From an uncultured Flavobacteriales bacterium (GTDB taxonomy: Bacteria; Bacteroidota; Bacteroidia; Flavobacteriales; BACL11), in assembly GCA_943788405.1 (NCBI GenBank), contig CALSQD010000002.1:1133701-1197700 (forward strand): a DNA stretch of 64,000 nucleotides, written 5' to 3'. Of the stretch, positions 47,541-57,582 are shown piece by piece (the stretch's first letter is position 1; every line of letters starts with the position of its first letter). The notes under the pieces are model-generated. The model was not told the DNA's origin. It worked only from the letters and a program-made list of their open reading frames with translations, and ran no database searches. The position numbers were made by a program, and so were the translations under genes.

Positions 47541-48355
47541 CTTAAGTTTTTATACATAAACTTTGTAAAAGTTGAAGATGGGATAATTTGAATAACAAAT
47601 CTTGCAAAAGCAAATAAATAATTTAATCCGCTTAAACTCAAGCAACTTATAATCTTTAATCTATTTTTGAGATCCGAATATGCTTTAGAAAAACCTGCCC
47701 TCCTTTCATAAAAACTATCAGACACCCTCATATTTGTTAATGGCTCCTCAATATTAGCAAATTTACAACCCCCTAAAAAAGCATTTAACCAAAGTATAGT
47801 ATCCTCATCTGTTTTGGTATTTATAGGATAATTACCTGCCTTTTCAAAGAATTCTTTTCTCATAAGAACAGAAGGATGTGCTACAGGATTTCTTTTTCCA
47901 AAAGATTTTAACATCCCTTCATGTGTCAATGGAAAACTTACTAGTTTTTCAGCACCTGAGTCTATATTAAATTCAATAATCCATGAACCAACAATATCTA
48001 TCCCCTTGTGCTTATTCAAATACGAAAGTTGCTTTTCAATCCTTTGAGAGTGCATAATATCATCCGCATCCATTCTCGCCATAAAATCTCCTTTAGCAAG
48101 AGCAATAGCTTCATTCATACAAACAGCAAGCCCTTTATTTACATCTTGTGGAAAGTAATTTAAGACAATAGTATATTCTTCCTGCAACTTTTCTATTTCA
48201 TGTATTAATTCCAGTTTTGTAAGACCATCTCCAACTAAAATAATTTCAATATTATCATACGATTGACTCACAATAGACTCAATTGATTTCCTCAAAAATA
48301 AAGGGCTATCACCATCATACACACTCATCAAAATCGAAACTAATTTCTTACTCAT
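47537..48355 (-). CDS. Glycosyltransferase family 2
   Basis: VSILMSVYDGDSP.FLRKSIESIVSQSYDNIEIILVGDG and MARMDADDI. Confidence 0.8.
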   Translation of the reverse strand: MSKKLVSILMSVYDGDSPLFLRKSIESIVSQSYDNIEIILVGDGLTKLELIHEIEKLQEEYTIVLNYFPQDVNKGLAVCMNEAIALAKGDFMARMDADDIMHSQRIEKQLSYLNKHKGIDIVGSWIIEFNIDSGAEKLVSFPLTHEGMLKSFGKRNPVAHPSVLMRKEFFEKAGNYPINTKTDEDTILWLNAFLGGCKFANIEEPLTNMRVSDSFYERRAGFSKAYSDLKNRLKIISCLSLSGLNYLFAFARFVIQIIPSSTFTKFMYKNLR

Positions 48356-48364
48356 AAATTTAAT

Positions 48365-49174
48365 TTATAAAAACGACCTTCTAATCTCTTCATGTTTAAT
48401 TAGCACCTTTATTTTATTGACAAACTTATTATTAAAATATTTTAAGAGAAACCTAAATGGATAACTAATTTTTAAAATAGTAGAAACCCAAGGAGAGTAT
48501 ATGATGTGTAGATGACAATAAGCTTTTCTAAATTTAAATTTTTTGATTAAAAAAGAAGAAAAATTAGTTGCATGATGAAGGCTTCTAGACCCATTATTAA
48601 TATACTTAAAACCCCTATCATTTAAATAAGATTGATTCATAGTGTAAATTAAAGCTGCACTAGCATGTAGTCTTAAAAATTTTGGATGTAATTTTATAGA
48701 AGAATATTCACAACAGTCTTCAAATATTTTTGTTTTACAATAGGCAACCATAACCCCTTCTTTAATTACACCCCAATATTCCCATTCTCCTCTTGCTGAC
48801 AATAACTCTTTTTCAAATTCATCTTTAGTCTTAGGCGTTAAATCAGTTATATAGCCATTAAAAGCTGCATCATATATCTCGTACCCATAATTTAATAAAT
48901 AATCCCGGGTAATTAACTCTACACTAAATTCTTTCAAACCTTTTCTTATCTCATTTCTTACTTTAGAAGTATAATCAAGAATTACCATAGGAGTATCATT
49001 AATAATATACCAGAAATCTGTTTTCTCAGAAATATCAAAATCACTTACCCACCTAGCAAAAAAAGCTGACTGACTCTTAATCAATTTTTTAATTTCGTTT
49101 TCAGATTCTGTAATAAAAGCATGAGGGGGTGCTTTTGGAATAATAGTTCCATTATATTTCCTCCAATTCTCCAT
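48365..49174 (-). CDS. Hypothetical protein, possible FemAB-like/GNAT-fold acyl- or aminoacyl-transferase
   Basis: No TM helices. Resembles the FemAB-like (Acetyltransf_6) pattern: SKVRNEIRKGLKEF..., LHASAALIYTMNQSYL..GFKYINNGSRSL.H.TNF..FL.KKF.FRKAY. This is a weak by-eye call. Confidence 0.35.
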   Translation of the reverse strand: MENWRKYNGTIIPKAPPHAFITESENEIKKLIKSQSAFFARWVSDFDISEKTDFWYIINDTPMVILDYTSKVRNEIRKGLKEFSVELITRDYLLNYGYEIYDAAFNGYITDLTPKTKDEFEKELLSARGEWEYWGVIKEGVMVAYCKTKIFEDCCEYSSIKLHPKFLRLHASAALIYTMNQSYLNDRGFKYINNGSRSLHHATNFSSFLIKKFKFRKAYCHLHIIYSPWVSTILKISYPFRFLLKYFNNKFVNKIKVLIKHEEIRRSFL

Positions 49175-49177
49175 TTT

Positions 49178-50185
49178 TTAATTTAAAAATTTTAAAGATG
49201 ATGAAAAATAAAATACAGGTAAAGTAAAGATTAACAACAGTGATAATCTCAACAATTTTCTGTTTACCATATTTTCAATAGAATTTGAATATTTATATAA
49301 ATCATAAATTAAGAAAATAATAAACATCATTCCCATTCGTTCTGCAATAATATCAAAATTAATATCCAATAAGCCAAGCATAATAATTATACTAAAGAAT
49401 AATGACGGCACCTTTTCTAGCAAGAGTAATACATTTTCTTTAAAACTAAAAACTAACAGCAGAAAAAATGCACAAAACAAAAGCAAATAGAATACACTCA
49501 TATCAACACCTGTGGACATTGCTGATTTATATTGAGCCATATATCCTAGCATAAGTATATAGAAGCACGAAATAAAAGAAGCAATAACAAATCTCTCTTT
49601 TATATTGAACTTAAAAAATCTTTTAAGAATAAAGATAGGAAGAAATAAAAGAGTTACATTATGAATAAAAATAGTTATTAGAAATATAAAAATAGACTTT
49701 TTATAATTAACCTCTACTAAAGAATAAGCATACAATAATACAATTGAGGCATAAAACTGACGATAAATATTCTCATAGCCAAACAAAAATGGGAAGCTAG
49801 TAGCCAACACTACAACCAAACCTCTACTAAGATTATTTATTTTATCATATTTAGATACGCAAAAAATTAAATAAATCCAAAAAGCATCAAGCAAAATAAA
49901 TGTAATAAACTCAGATTCAGTAAAATAATACAATACTCTTATTCCTAACCAGAAAACAAACTCTCTAAGATAATAGAAGTCTAATGAGTCTGTATTCATC
50001 TCTAATGCATAAGTATGTATGTCTGCTTCATACCCTGAATACACAAAAGCATATAACCTAACAACTACCATGAATAAGAAAAGAGCAGGGTAATAAATAT
50101 ACCTCAATACATATCTATTTTCTAATAAAATAGTACCTACCCCTAAAAGGAAAAGAATTTGATATGCAAATAATTCTGTTGGCAT
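49178..50185 (-). CDS. EpsG-like/Wzy-type polysaccharide polymerase (polytopic membrane protein)
   Basis: 335 aa, almost entirely hydrophobic helices rich in Phe, Tyr and Leu. Its position between a flippase and glycosyltransferases is typical of Wzy/EpsG. Confidence 0.55.
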   Translation of the reverse strand: MPTELFAYQILFLLGVGTILLENRYVLRYIYYPALFLFMVVVRLYAFVYSGYEADIHTYALEMNTDSLDFYYLREFVFWLGIRVLYYFTESEFITFILLDAFWIYLIFCVSKYDKINNLSRGLVVVLATSFPFLFGYENIYRQFYASIVLLYAYSLVEVNYKKSIFIFLITIFIHNVTLLFLPIFILKRFFKFNIKERFVIASFISCFYILMLGYMAQYKSAMSTGVDMSVFYLLLFCAFFLLLVFSFKENVLLLLEKVPSLFFSIIIMLGLLDINFDIIAERMGMMFIIFLIYDLYKYSNSIENMVNRKLLRLSLLLIFTLPVFYFSSSLKFLN

Positions 50186-51456
50186 TATAAAGAATATTTT
50201 TTATATTTAAAAATAGATGTAATTGCTAGCAACACACTTAAGGAGGACATAGAATATATCATAATTAATGAATTCTGTTTTGCAGAAAAATTACAGGAAA
50301 AAATTATAGTTATAACAAAAAGTAAGGCTATAATAAAAACCATAGCCATTACCTTGCTACTATTCCTAATAAGATTCTGATCTAAAGAAAAGTACGGCTG
50401 AAATAAAGAGGAAGATATGGAAATTAGCACAAAACTCCAGCTTAAATCTTTAGCATAATTAAATGTTTGCAAAGTATCCTCCATAGTAAACGCACCTCTT
50501 TGAAAAATTAAAGCTATAATTTCATACCCAAAAGTATTGACACAAAATACCATCCCTAATCCAAGAAGAAGAGACATTCCTACTGAGAATAGTATCAACA
50601 ACCTATTCTTAGCAATAGAAAGCTTCCTTAATACTATTGTATTGATATTTAAAACTACTGCAGTTATCAATACATTTAGTAAGACAATAGAATAATTAAA
50701 AAATGTAATATTATTTCCAGTATCTAAACCTGAAACAAATCTAGAAGATAGAATTATAATATTCACAAAATTACCTAACAATAAAATTGAGAGGTTAAGG
50801 TCTTTAGTAGATATAATAGCATTGTACCCTTCTCTTTCCTTCAACAGTGGCTTAAGGTATAAAGCTATCAAATTATACATCCCTATAATTCTACTTATTG
50901 CAATACCTATCACTCCAGAAAATAAAGAAATTGGATACAAAATAAAAGTAGAAACAAAAATCTCAAATGTTGTTGCAAAAGAATGTAGTTTAAACAAACC
51001 CTTTGCTTGCATTATAACAAGAAATACAGAACTAAAAAAACTAAAAGAGACTATAACACTTAATAAAATACTAATACATATAAAAAAGGTTAATCTCTCT
51101 GGATTAATATAATACAATACAGGAATTTGAGATAGAAAACTTATGAAAAATAACAAATACATAGTCTTCTTAGAAAATGAAAACACTTGCTGTAAAGATA
51201 CTTCACTGTATTCAGAATAAATTTTCGAAAATTTAGGAAGCAAATTTGCTTGCAATGCATTGCCATCAGTAAATTGTGACAAAAGTTGGGTAGTAGTCCT
51301 AAGAAGAATAAAATTTGCATACATAATAGAAGAACCAAATAGATATGCTAATATCACCTCCCTTAAAAGCCCAAATCCTTTCTTAATAATATTGGAAAAA
51401 AACATATATAAGAAATCAATTACTGATTTTGATACTAATACGCTTTTCTTTATCAT
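50185..51456 (-). CDS. MurJ/MviN-like MOP-family flippase
   Basis: 423 aa with about 12 TM helices. N-terminal GLLREVILAYLFGSS resembles the MurJ motif. Confidence 0.6.
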   Translation of the reverse strand: MIKKSVLVSKSVIDFLYMFFSNIIKKGFGLLREVILAYLFGSSIMYANFILLRTTTQLLSQFTDGNALQANLLPKFSKIYSEYSEVSLQQVFSFSKKTMYLLFFISFLSQIPVLYYINPERLTFFICISILLSVIVSFSFFSSVFLVIMQAKGLFKLHSFATTFEIFVSTFILYPISLFSGVIGIAISRIIGMYNLIALYLKPLLKEREGYNAIISTKDLNLSILLLGNFVNIIILSSRFVSGLDTGNNITFFNYSIVLLNVLITAVVLNINTIVLRKLSIAKNRLLILFSVGMSLLLGLGMVFCVNTFGYEIIALIFQRGAFTMEDTLQTFNYAKDLSWSFVLISISSSLFQPYFSLDQNLIRNSSKVMAMVFIIALLFVITIIFSCNFSAKQNSLIMIYSMSSLSVLLAITSIFKYKKYSL

Positions 51457-51460
51457 AAAA

Positions 51461-52783
51461 TTAATCTTTTACCCCAATCTGAAGATATTTAAAGCCCTTC
51501 TCTTCAATAAAATGAGCTCTAAACTGATTTCTTCCATCTATAAAAAGATTACCTTTCATTTTCTCTTTTATTAAATCAAAATCAGGACTTCTAAATTCTT
51601 TCCATTCTGTTACTAAAACTAAAGCATCAGCTGCTTCTAATGCAATATACTTATCAGAACAATAATTGACTTCCAAACCTTGCAAATAAAACTTTGCTTC
51701 ATGAATAGCCTTTGGATCGTAAGCACTTACACTTCCACCAGCATTAATAATAGATTGAATTAATTTTATTGAAGGTGCTTCACGCATATCATCCGTTTCT
51801 GGTTTAAAAGAAAGCCCCCAAACAGCAATTTTCTTTCCTTTTAAATCCTCTCCTAACTGATTTGATAGTTTTGCAAATAACACTTCTTTTTGAGCTTTAT
51901 TCACACCTTCAACTGAAGTAATTAACTTGGGGTTATATCCATGTTTATTAGCAATATTGATTAAAGCCTGAACATCCTTAGGGAAACAACTCCCCCCATA
52001 ACCACATCCTGGATAGATAAACTGATATCCAATTCTTTTATCACTACCAATCCCTGTGCGAACCTGATTTACATCAGCTCCTACATGTTCACAAATATTG
52101 GCAATCTCATTAATAAAAGATATTTTTGTTGCCAACATAGCATTAGCAGCATACTTAGTCATTTCAGCAGATCGAATATCCATTCCAATAAATCTGTCAT
52201 TAGTAACTGTAAATGGCGAATATAAATTTCGCATTAGCTCCATTGCATTCTTATCATCTGCACCTACAACTACCCTATCAGGGTGCATAAAATCTTTAAT
52301 TGCAGCTCCTTCTTTTAAAAATTCAGGATTAGAAACTACATTAAACCCTATTTTCTCACCTCTATCATTCAAAGCTTGTTGAATTGTTAACTTTACTTTA
52401 TCAGCTGTACCAATTGGAACAGTAGACTTATCAACTACCACAATAGGATGAATCATGTGCTTCCCAATAGATTTCGCTACTTGAAGTACATATTTTAAAT
52501 CAGCTGATCCATCAGCTCCCATAGGAGTTCCTACTGCAATAAATACAATATCTACCACAGATAACGCTTCTTTAATATCAATTGAGAAAGATAATGTTCC
52601 TTTACTAAAATTCTCTTTTACTAGAGTCTCTAACCCAGGTTCATAAATAGGAATAATACCTTTCTTTAATTTTGCAATCTTTTTATGATCAATATCAACA
52701 CAAATAACATTATTCCCCATCTCTGCAAAACAAGCAGCAGCAACTAAACCTACATATCCTGAACCTATAATTCCAACCTTCAT
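51461..52783 (-). CDS. ugd: UDP-glucose 6-dehydrogenase
   Basis: MKVGIIGSGYVGLV.AACFAEMGN.V.CVDID..KI..L..G..PIYEPGL, NPEFLKEG.A..DF..PDRVV.G, GGSCFPKDV. Confidence 0.9.
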   Translation of the reverse strand: MKVGIIGSGYVGLVAAACFAEMGNNVICVDIDHKKIAKLKKGIIPIYEPGLETLVKENFSKGTLSFSIDIKEALSVVDIVFIAVGTPMGADGSADLKYVLQVAKSIGKHMIHPIVVVDKSTVPIGTADKVKLTIQQALNDRGEKIGFNVVSNPEFLKEGAAIKDFMHPDRVVVGADDKNAMELMRNLYSPFTVTNDRFIGMDIRSAEMTKYAANAMLATKISFINEIANICEHVGADVNQVRTGIGSDKRIGYQFIYPGCGYGGSCFPKDVQALINIANKHGYNPKLITSVEGVNKAQKEVLFAKLSNQLGEDLKGKKIAVWGLSFKPETDDMREAPSIKLIQSIINAGGSVSAYDPKAIHEAKFYLQGLEVNYCSDKYIALEAADALVLVTEWKEFRSPDFDLIKEKMKGNLFIDGRNQFRAHFIEEKGFKYLQIGVKD

Positions 52784-53625
52784 TAATTATTATGATTTTT
52801 ATACACATTAATAAATATAGCAATAATAATGGAAACGATAAAGCCAAAAAAGGTGTATTTCCATACTTTAATAAAATCTCTATTCCCAAATGATGAAATA
52901 GAAAATCCTTGTACAAAAACTAGTGGTTTTAATAATTCTTGATTCATTAATTTCACTGATTTTAATTGAATTAACTCAATTATTGCATTATTAACTCCTT
53001 TATTCTGTATTGCCGACCCAATATTAGTTGTACTCATATCAATACTTAAAGTTGAACTCCTTAATTCCCTCAACAAAGTAACTTCATTATCTATCTCCTG
53101 AATTTCAAGATCATTTGAGATTAAAAAAAGCTCATAATACTCTTTAATATATTTATTTGTATTGAAATAATAAAGCAGTCCATTTTCAATATCAGCAATA
53201 ACATCCTTATCTCTAATCTTTAAATCAATAGTAAATTTCGAAACATATCTTTTCTCTTCCTTCTTATCTCCTACAGACAATTGATTGGCTGTAATATTAA
53301 TAATTCCAGCAGCAATACTTTTAGGCACTCCAAGTTTTTTTCCTACAACACTAAAGTCTTCTTTTTGAATATCTAATTGTAAATTATTAATCATATTAAT
53401 TGCAGTACTTTGAGTAGTAATAGAGGATTTATTATCGTCCCTTTCAAAATCAACAATACCAGATGAAGCAATAGCAGTAGTTGAATAATAATTATCTTCT
53501 AAAGCTGAATCAGTATAAGTAACAATTGCAACTAATAAAGTAATTACACAAATGAGAAATTTATATTTTATTAAAAATAAAATTACCTCAACAACTAATT
53601 CTCTTAAACTTAATTCTTCTTTCAT
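52783..53625 (-). CDS. Wzz-like chain-length determinant (polysaccharide co-polymerase without kinase domain)
   Basis: N-terminal EELSLRELVVEVILFLIKYKFLI.VITLLVAIVTY followed by a TM helix. Long periplasmic helical segment and a C-terminal TM helix (FFGFIVSIIIAIFINVY). Confidence 0.6.
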   Translation of the reverse strand: MKEELSLRELVVEVILFLIKYKFLICVITLLVAIVTYTDSALEDNYYSTTAIASSGIVDFERDDNKSSITTQSTAINMINNLQLDIQKEDFSVVGKKLGVPKSIAAGIINITANQLSVGDKKEEKRYVSKFTIDLKIRDKDVIADIENGLLYYFNTNKYIKEYYELFLISNDLEIQEIDNEVTLLRELRSSTLSIDMSTTNIGSAIQNKGVNNAIIELIQLKSVKLMNQELLKPLVFVQGFSISSFGNRDFIKVWKYTFFGFIVSIIIAIFINVYKNHNN

Positions 53626-53635
53626 TTCTTATTTT

Positions 53636-54883
53636 TTAAAATTTCCAAAGGGATTTATTATAAATCCCTTTAATGTCCAAAAGTACCAATTTTCCTTTGG
53701 ATAACTGTTTAAAATCATCAGTAGTGTGTTTCACAAATTGATCATGTGATACTGCTACAATTATTGCGTCATATTTCTTATAATCAGCAAAAGGATTATC
53801 ACAAAAATTATCTTCTAAATTTACAGGAATATATGGATCAAAAATAGACACTTTACAAGAGAAATTCTCTAAACCTTCAACAATATCCTTAACTTTAGTA
53901 TTACGAGTATCTGCACAATTTTCTTTGAAGGTATACCCCATTATCAGTACAGAAGATCCTTTAATTACTTTGTCAGCATCTATCATTAATTTGATTGTTT
54001 TATCTACTATAAATGATGCTACACTATTATTTATGGTTCTTGAAGAGTGTAGTAAGGTTGGTTTATATCCCATCTCTTCTGATTTATGCAATAAATAATA
54101 AGGATCAACTCCTATACAATGTCCACCAACTAATCCTGGTTTAAAATCTAAAAAATTCCATTTTGATTTAGCAGCACTTAATACCTCTGCAGTATCAATT
54201 GCCATTTTATCAAACATCATAGCCAACTCGTTCATCAAAGCAATATTCACATCCCTTTGGGTATTCTCAATTACTTTTGCAGCCTCAGCAACTTTAATTG
54301 AAGGTGCTTTATAAGTTCCTGCAATAATTATTTTATTATATAATTCATCAACCAATTCAGCTACTCGTTTAGTAGAACCACTTGTAACCTTAACAACATT
54401 TTGTAAATTATATTTTTCCGCACCAGGACTTATTCTCTCAGGGCTATAACCACAATAGAATTCAGAATTATAAGATAGTCCTGAAACTTTAGCAAGAATT
54501 GGGACACAAATATCCTCAGTAACTCCAGGATAAACAGTCGATTCATAAATAACTATATCATCCTTTTTTAGATTTTTCGCTACTAATTCTGAAGCAGATT
54601 TTAAAAATGTTAAATCTGGAATATTATCTTTATCAACAGGAGTTGGAACCGTAATAATATAAATATTAGAACTTTTTAAATCGCCTTCATTACCAGTAAA
54701 ATTCAAATTTTTATTCTCTTTTACCCTAACATCCAGATTACTATCTACACCTTTATTTAGCTCTGCTACACGCTTTTCATTTATATCATAACCAATAACC
54801 TTATAATGTTTAGCAAAGGCCAAAGCCAAAGGCAAGCCTACATACCCCAAACCAATAATCGCTATTTTATATTCTTTCTCCAA
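53636..54883 (-). CDS. UDP-N-acetylhexosamine 6-dehydrogenase (WbpA/WbpO/TviB/CapL family)
   Basis: KIAIIGLGYVGLPLALAFAKHY.VIGYDIN..RV.ELN.G, YSPERI.PG, GGHCIGVDPYYL. The only in-frame start is TTG at 54883. Confidence 0.85.
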   Translation of the reverse strand: MEKEYKIAIIGLGYVGLPLALAFAKHYKVIGYDINEKRVAELNKGVDSNLDVRVKENKNLNFTGNEGDLKSSNIYIITVPTPVDKDNIPDLTFLKSASELVAKNLKKDDIVIYESTVYPGVTEDICVPILAKVSGLSYNSEFYCGYSPERISPGAEKYNLQNVVKVTSGSTKRVAELVDELYNKIIIAGTYKAPSIKVAEAAKVIENTQRDVNIALMNELAMMFDKMAIDTAEVLSAAKSKWNFLDFKPGLVGGHCIGVDPYYLLHKSEEMGYKPTLLHSSRTINNSVASFIVDKTIKLMIDADKVIKGSSVLIMGYTFKENCADTRNTKVKDIVEGLENFSCKVSIFDPYIPVNLEDNFCDNPFADYKKYDAIIVAVSHDQFVKHTTDDFKQLSKGKLVLLDIKGIYNKSLWKF

Positions 54884-54888
54884 ATTAA

Positions 54889-54909
54889 AAAAGCCCCAAA
54901 GGGGCTTTT
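54889..54909 (-). terminator. Hairpin plus U-tract immediately after gldN
   Basis: AAAAGCCCC (54889-54897), loop AAA, GGGGCTTTT (54901-54909). The minus strand reads GCCCC-TTT-GGGGC followed by TTTTTTAATTTG. Confidence 0.55.
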
Positions 54910-54931
54910 AGTTTTATATTATTTATTGAGA

Positions 54932-55831
54932 TTAGTACTCCCAAAGATCATGTTCAATATTAAAAATTTCAGTTTTAATACGCTCAGCTTCCAACAAAGC
55001 ATCAAGCCCTACCATGTACTCATTAATTTTTCTATCCATAACACTAGACTCTTTTACGATAGTGCTTCCAAACATTCTTTTCCAGAAAATATCATCATAT
55101 GTTCTTCTTTCAGCATTATTCTTCACTAAGTTGAATACTTCTGCATTAATCAAAATCTCTCTTGCTTCAGGAAAATGCACCCAAAATAAAGGAGAAAAAG
55201 TACCTAATAATTGTCCGTTTACTTCATCTCTATCTTCTTGTAAAGGAGCCATTCCAATAATACGCACATCCATTACAGATCTTTGTTTATCAAAAAACCA
55301 TTCTTCTTTCAGCCTCCATTTTTTTACTGAATTTCTATCAAAAGCTGTCTTGTTAACCCTAGTAGTTTTTGCATCTTCAGGATCTGCTCCTTCTGCTACA
55401 GCATCCCAGTCAATCACTTCAATCAGCTCTTCTTTTGCTCCACCAATTTTCTTGATATCTTCTTGTGACATTTCCTCTCTAAACTCATCATCCATAGCTG
55501 CATTACCGTAAGCAGTAATACTTCCTTCTAATATTGCAGAATAAATAACATCAATTAAACTTTTACGGTCTTCAATCGTATGAGCAACCCCGTCATTTTC
55601 AGGATAATAAAAAGGATGGTTAATTTTCTGACGCAAATCAATTTCTCTCCAAATTTTACGCGACCACATCACATCAGCTTGACGCAAAGGTGCATATTGC
55701 TGCACTCTTTTGTTATGATGTTTTTCTTTTTTATAAACAGAATTCATTTCTTCTGTAGTTAACACATCTTGCGCATTCACTGCTACTAAACAAAGAGTAG
55801 TCGTTACTAATAATAAGATTAATTTTTTCAT
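54932..55831 (-). CDS. gldN: T9SS/gliding motility periplasmic ring protein GldN (PorN)
   Basis: Signal peptide. Fourth gene of the conserved gldK-L-M-N order, 9 nt after gldM. Size (299 aa) and charged composition are typical. Confidence 0.85.
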   Translation of the reverse strand: MKKLILLLVTTTLCLVAVNAQDVLTTEEMNSVYKKEKHHNKRVQQYAPLRQADVMWSRKIWREIDLRQKINHPFYYPENDGVAHTIEDRKSLIDVIYSAILEGSITAYGNAAMDDEFREEMSQEDIKKIGGAKEELIEVIDWDAVAEGADPEDAKTTRVNKTAFDRNSVKKWRLKEEWFFDKQRSVMDVRIIGMAPLQEDRDEVNGQLLGTFSPLFWVHFPEAREILINAEVFNLVKNNAERRTYDDIFWKRMFGSTIVKESSVMDRKINEYMVGLDALLEAERIKTEIFNIEHDLWEY

Positions 55832-55840
55832 AATTTTATG

Positions 55841-57550
55841 TTATTTTATTTCTATTACTAAAGGATCTAAAGGACGAACTGCAGTGTTTTTTGCATCTAC
55901 CCTTTTTGCCTTAATATTAGAAATTGTTATTGCATTTCCTGCCTTAGTATTTTTTATAATATTGATCATCTTAGATGTAAACTTTGGTCCTTTAGCATCT
56001 TCCTTCATTTGCTCTCCTTTGTAAACCCCTGACAATCGGTAAGAAGTAATCACATATCTAACACCTTTAAAATCAAAATCCTTTAATTCAGCACCTAATC
56101 CACCAGCATTTACCATTTTCATTTTATCAATTACTGTAGTTCCATTCACATCTAATGCAAACTGAACCTTTGCTTTTGGTGGTGGAACTTCTTTAACCCT
56201 GAATTCCATTTGCCCCATTTTTGTACGCTTCCTATCAACCTCAGCAAACAAAGAAACCATAGCCTTTCCTTTTTTAGAAGGACGAGCAGAATATTCTCCT
56301 AATGATTTTTTAACTGCTGAAACTTTTCCATTATTTATAACTGCTGAAATTTCTCCTGCTGTATATCCTGGTACAGAAATTTTAAGAGGATTATCAACCT
56401 CTAAATATAAGATATTCATATTTGTAGGGGAAACAACTGCTGTTTTTGCTGCAACTAAATACTGCCCTCTAAAAGGATATGTTTTAGTTCCGCTTGAAGT
56501 TTTCATAGAGATTAAACCTCCCCACTTTTGATTTCCTTCTGAAGTTGCTCGTTTTGCAAACATTCCTTTACCATTTACAACTTTTACTGTTTCATAATCA
56601 CCAATCATTTCATACTTCCCCCCTCCTAATGAATCGTATTCTCCAACATAAATCATTGGATCTTGTGTAGTGTCTTTTGCTGCAATAAATATTTGTGCTC
56701 TAAAGGAATCTCCCTTCAAAACAAAATTAGAATTTGGAATCTGAATTCCTTCTGCTGAAGTAAATTTTAAAGATCCTGCATCAATATTTTCTCTTAACAT
56801 ATTTATGATATCTGCTTCAGTATTACGAACATCTGATTGCATTTTAGAAAGCAAAGTTAAGGCACCTACTGAAGGCATATCATAAAAATTATACTCCTCC
56901 CACTTAACCAATTTTCCCTTTTGTTTCTTATCATCTAAATTGCAAGTTTCATTTATAGAGACAATCAAAGATTCATCACCTGAAGCTATTGATAAAATAA
57001 ACTCCTTATATGCTAGCATCTCTTTTTTCAAATCAGTAGCTATATTATTTTTACGCTTAGCACTATAAAACAAATCACCTGAAGCGTGTCTATCATCTTT
57101 ATTAGATAAAGTTCCAATAGACATTGCTTTTTGATTATCAGTAAGAGCATCCCAAGCTAACTCAAGCGCTTTTTCATCAATTAAATCTCCATCAGCATCT
57201 AATATTTCACTTTCTGTACCTAAGTAAACCCTTTTGTCAGCTTTCAACACTAAATTATACTTCATTTCTTGTAGAAATACAATCAATTCATCCGCTTTCT
57301 CCTTTACGCTATATGCTTGTTCTCTAAAAGGACCCGCCTTTACAGGGTTTAACTCAGCAGCAGCATCAAAAGCAGCATAAGTATCTCCATTTTTAGCATT
57401 AAAATTAGTAGTTGTTCTTGTTATACCTTTATTAACTTCAAAGAAAGAATTAAGAACTTCTTTTGACACATTTAATGCAAGTAGTGCGGTAAGCACTAAA
57501 TACATCATATTAATCATCTTCTGTCTAGGTGACACATTACCTCCAGCCAT
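55841..57550 (-). CDS. gldM: T9SS/gliding motility protein GldM (PorM)
   Basis: N-terminal SPRQKMINMMYLVLTALLALNVSKEVLNSF is the hallmark GldM/PorM TM helix. Long periplasmic region follows. Confidence 0.9.
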   Translation of the reverse strand: MAGGNVSPRQKMINMMYLVLTALLALNVSKEVLNSFFEVNKGITRTTTNFNAKNGDTYAAFDAAAELNPVKAGPFREQAYSVKEKADELIVFLQEMKYNLVLKADKRVYLGTESEILDADGDLIDEKALELAWDALTDNQKAMSIGTLSNKDDRHASGDLFYSAKRKNNIATDLKKEMLAYKEFILSIASGDESLIVSINETCNLDDKKQKGKLVKWEEYNFYDMPSVGALTLLSKMQSDVRNTEADIINMLRENIDAGSLKFTSAEGIQIPNSNFVLKGDSFRAQIFIAAKDTTQDPMIYVGEYDSLGGGKYEMIGDYETVKVVNGKGMFAKRATSEGNQKWGGLISMKTSSGTKTYPFRGQYLVAAKTAVVSPTNMNILYLEVDNPLKISVPGYTAGEISAVINNGKVSAVKKSLGEYSARPSKKGKAMVSLFAEVDRKRTKMGQMEFRVKEVPPPKAKVQFALDVNGTTVIDKMKMVNAGGLGAELKDFDFKGVRYVITSYRLSGVYKGEQMKEDAKGPKFTSKMINIIKNTKAGNAITISNIKAKRVDAKNTAVRPLDPLVIEIK

Positions 57551-57582
57551 ATTTTTTTATGTTTATTTAGTAATTATGATGA

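Noticed and set aside
55014-55511. 165-aa ORF antisense to gldN. Others like it are 44862-45266 antisense to the PglF-like gene, 52098-52382 antisense to ugd and 33967-34257 antisense to fcl.
   Set aside because: The sense-strand genes have strong family motifs. The antisense products are Ser/Leu/Ile-rich with no features. They are typical shadow ORFs in AT-rich DNA.
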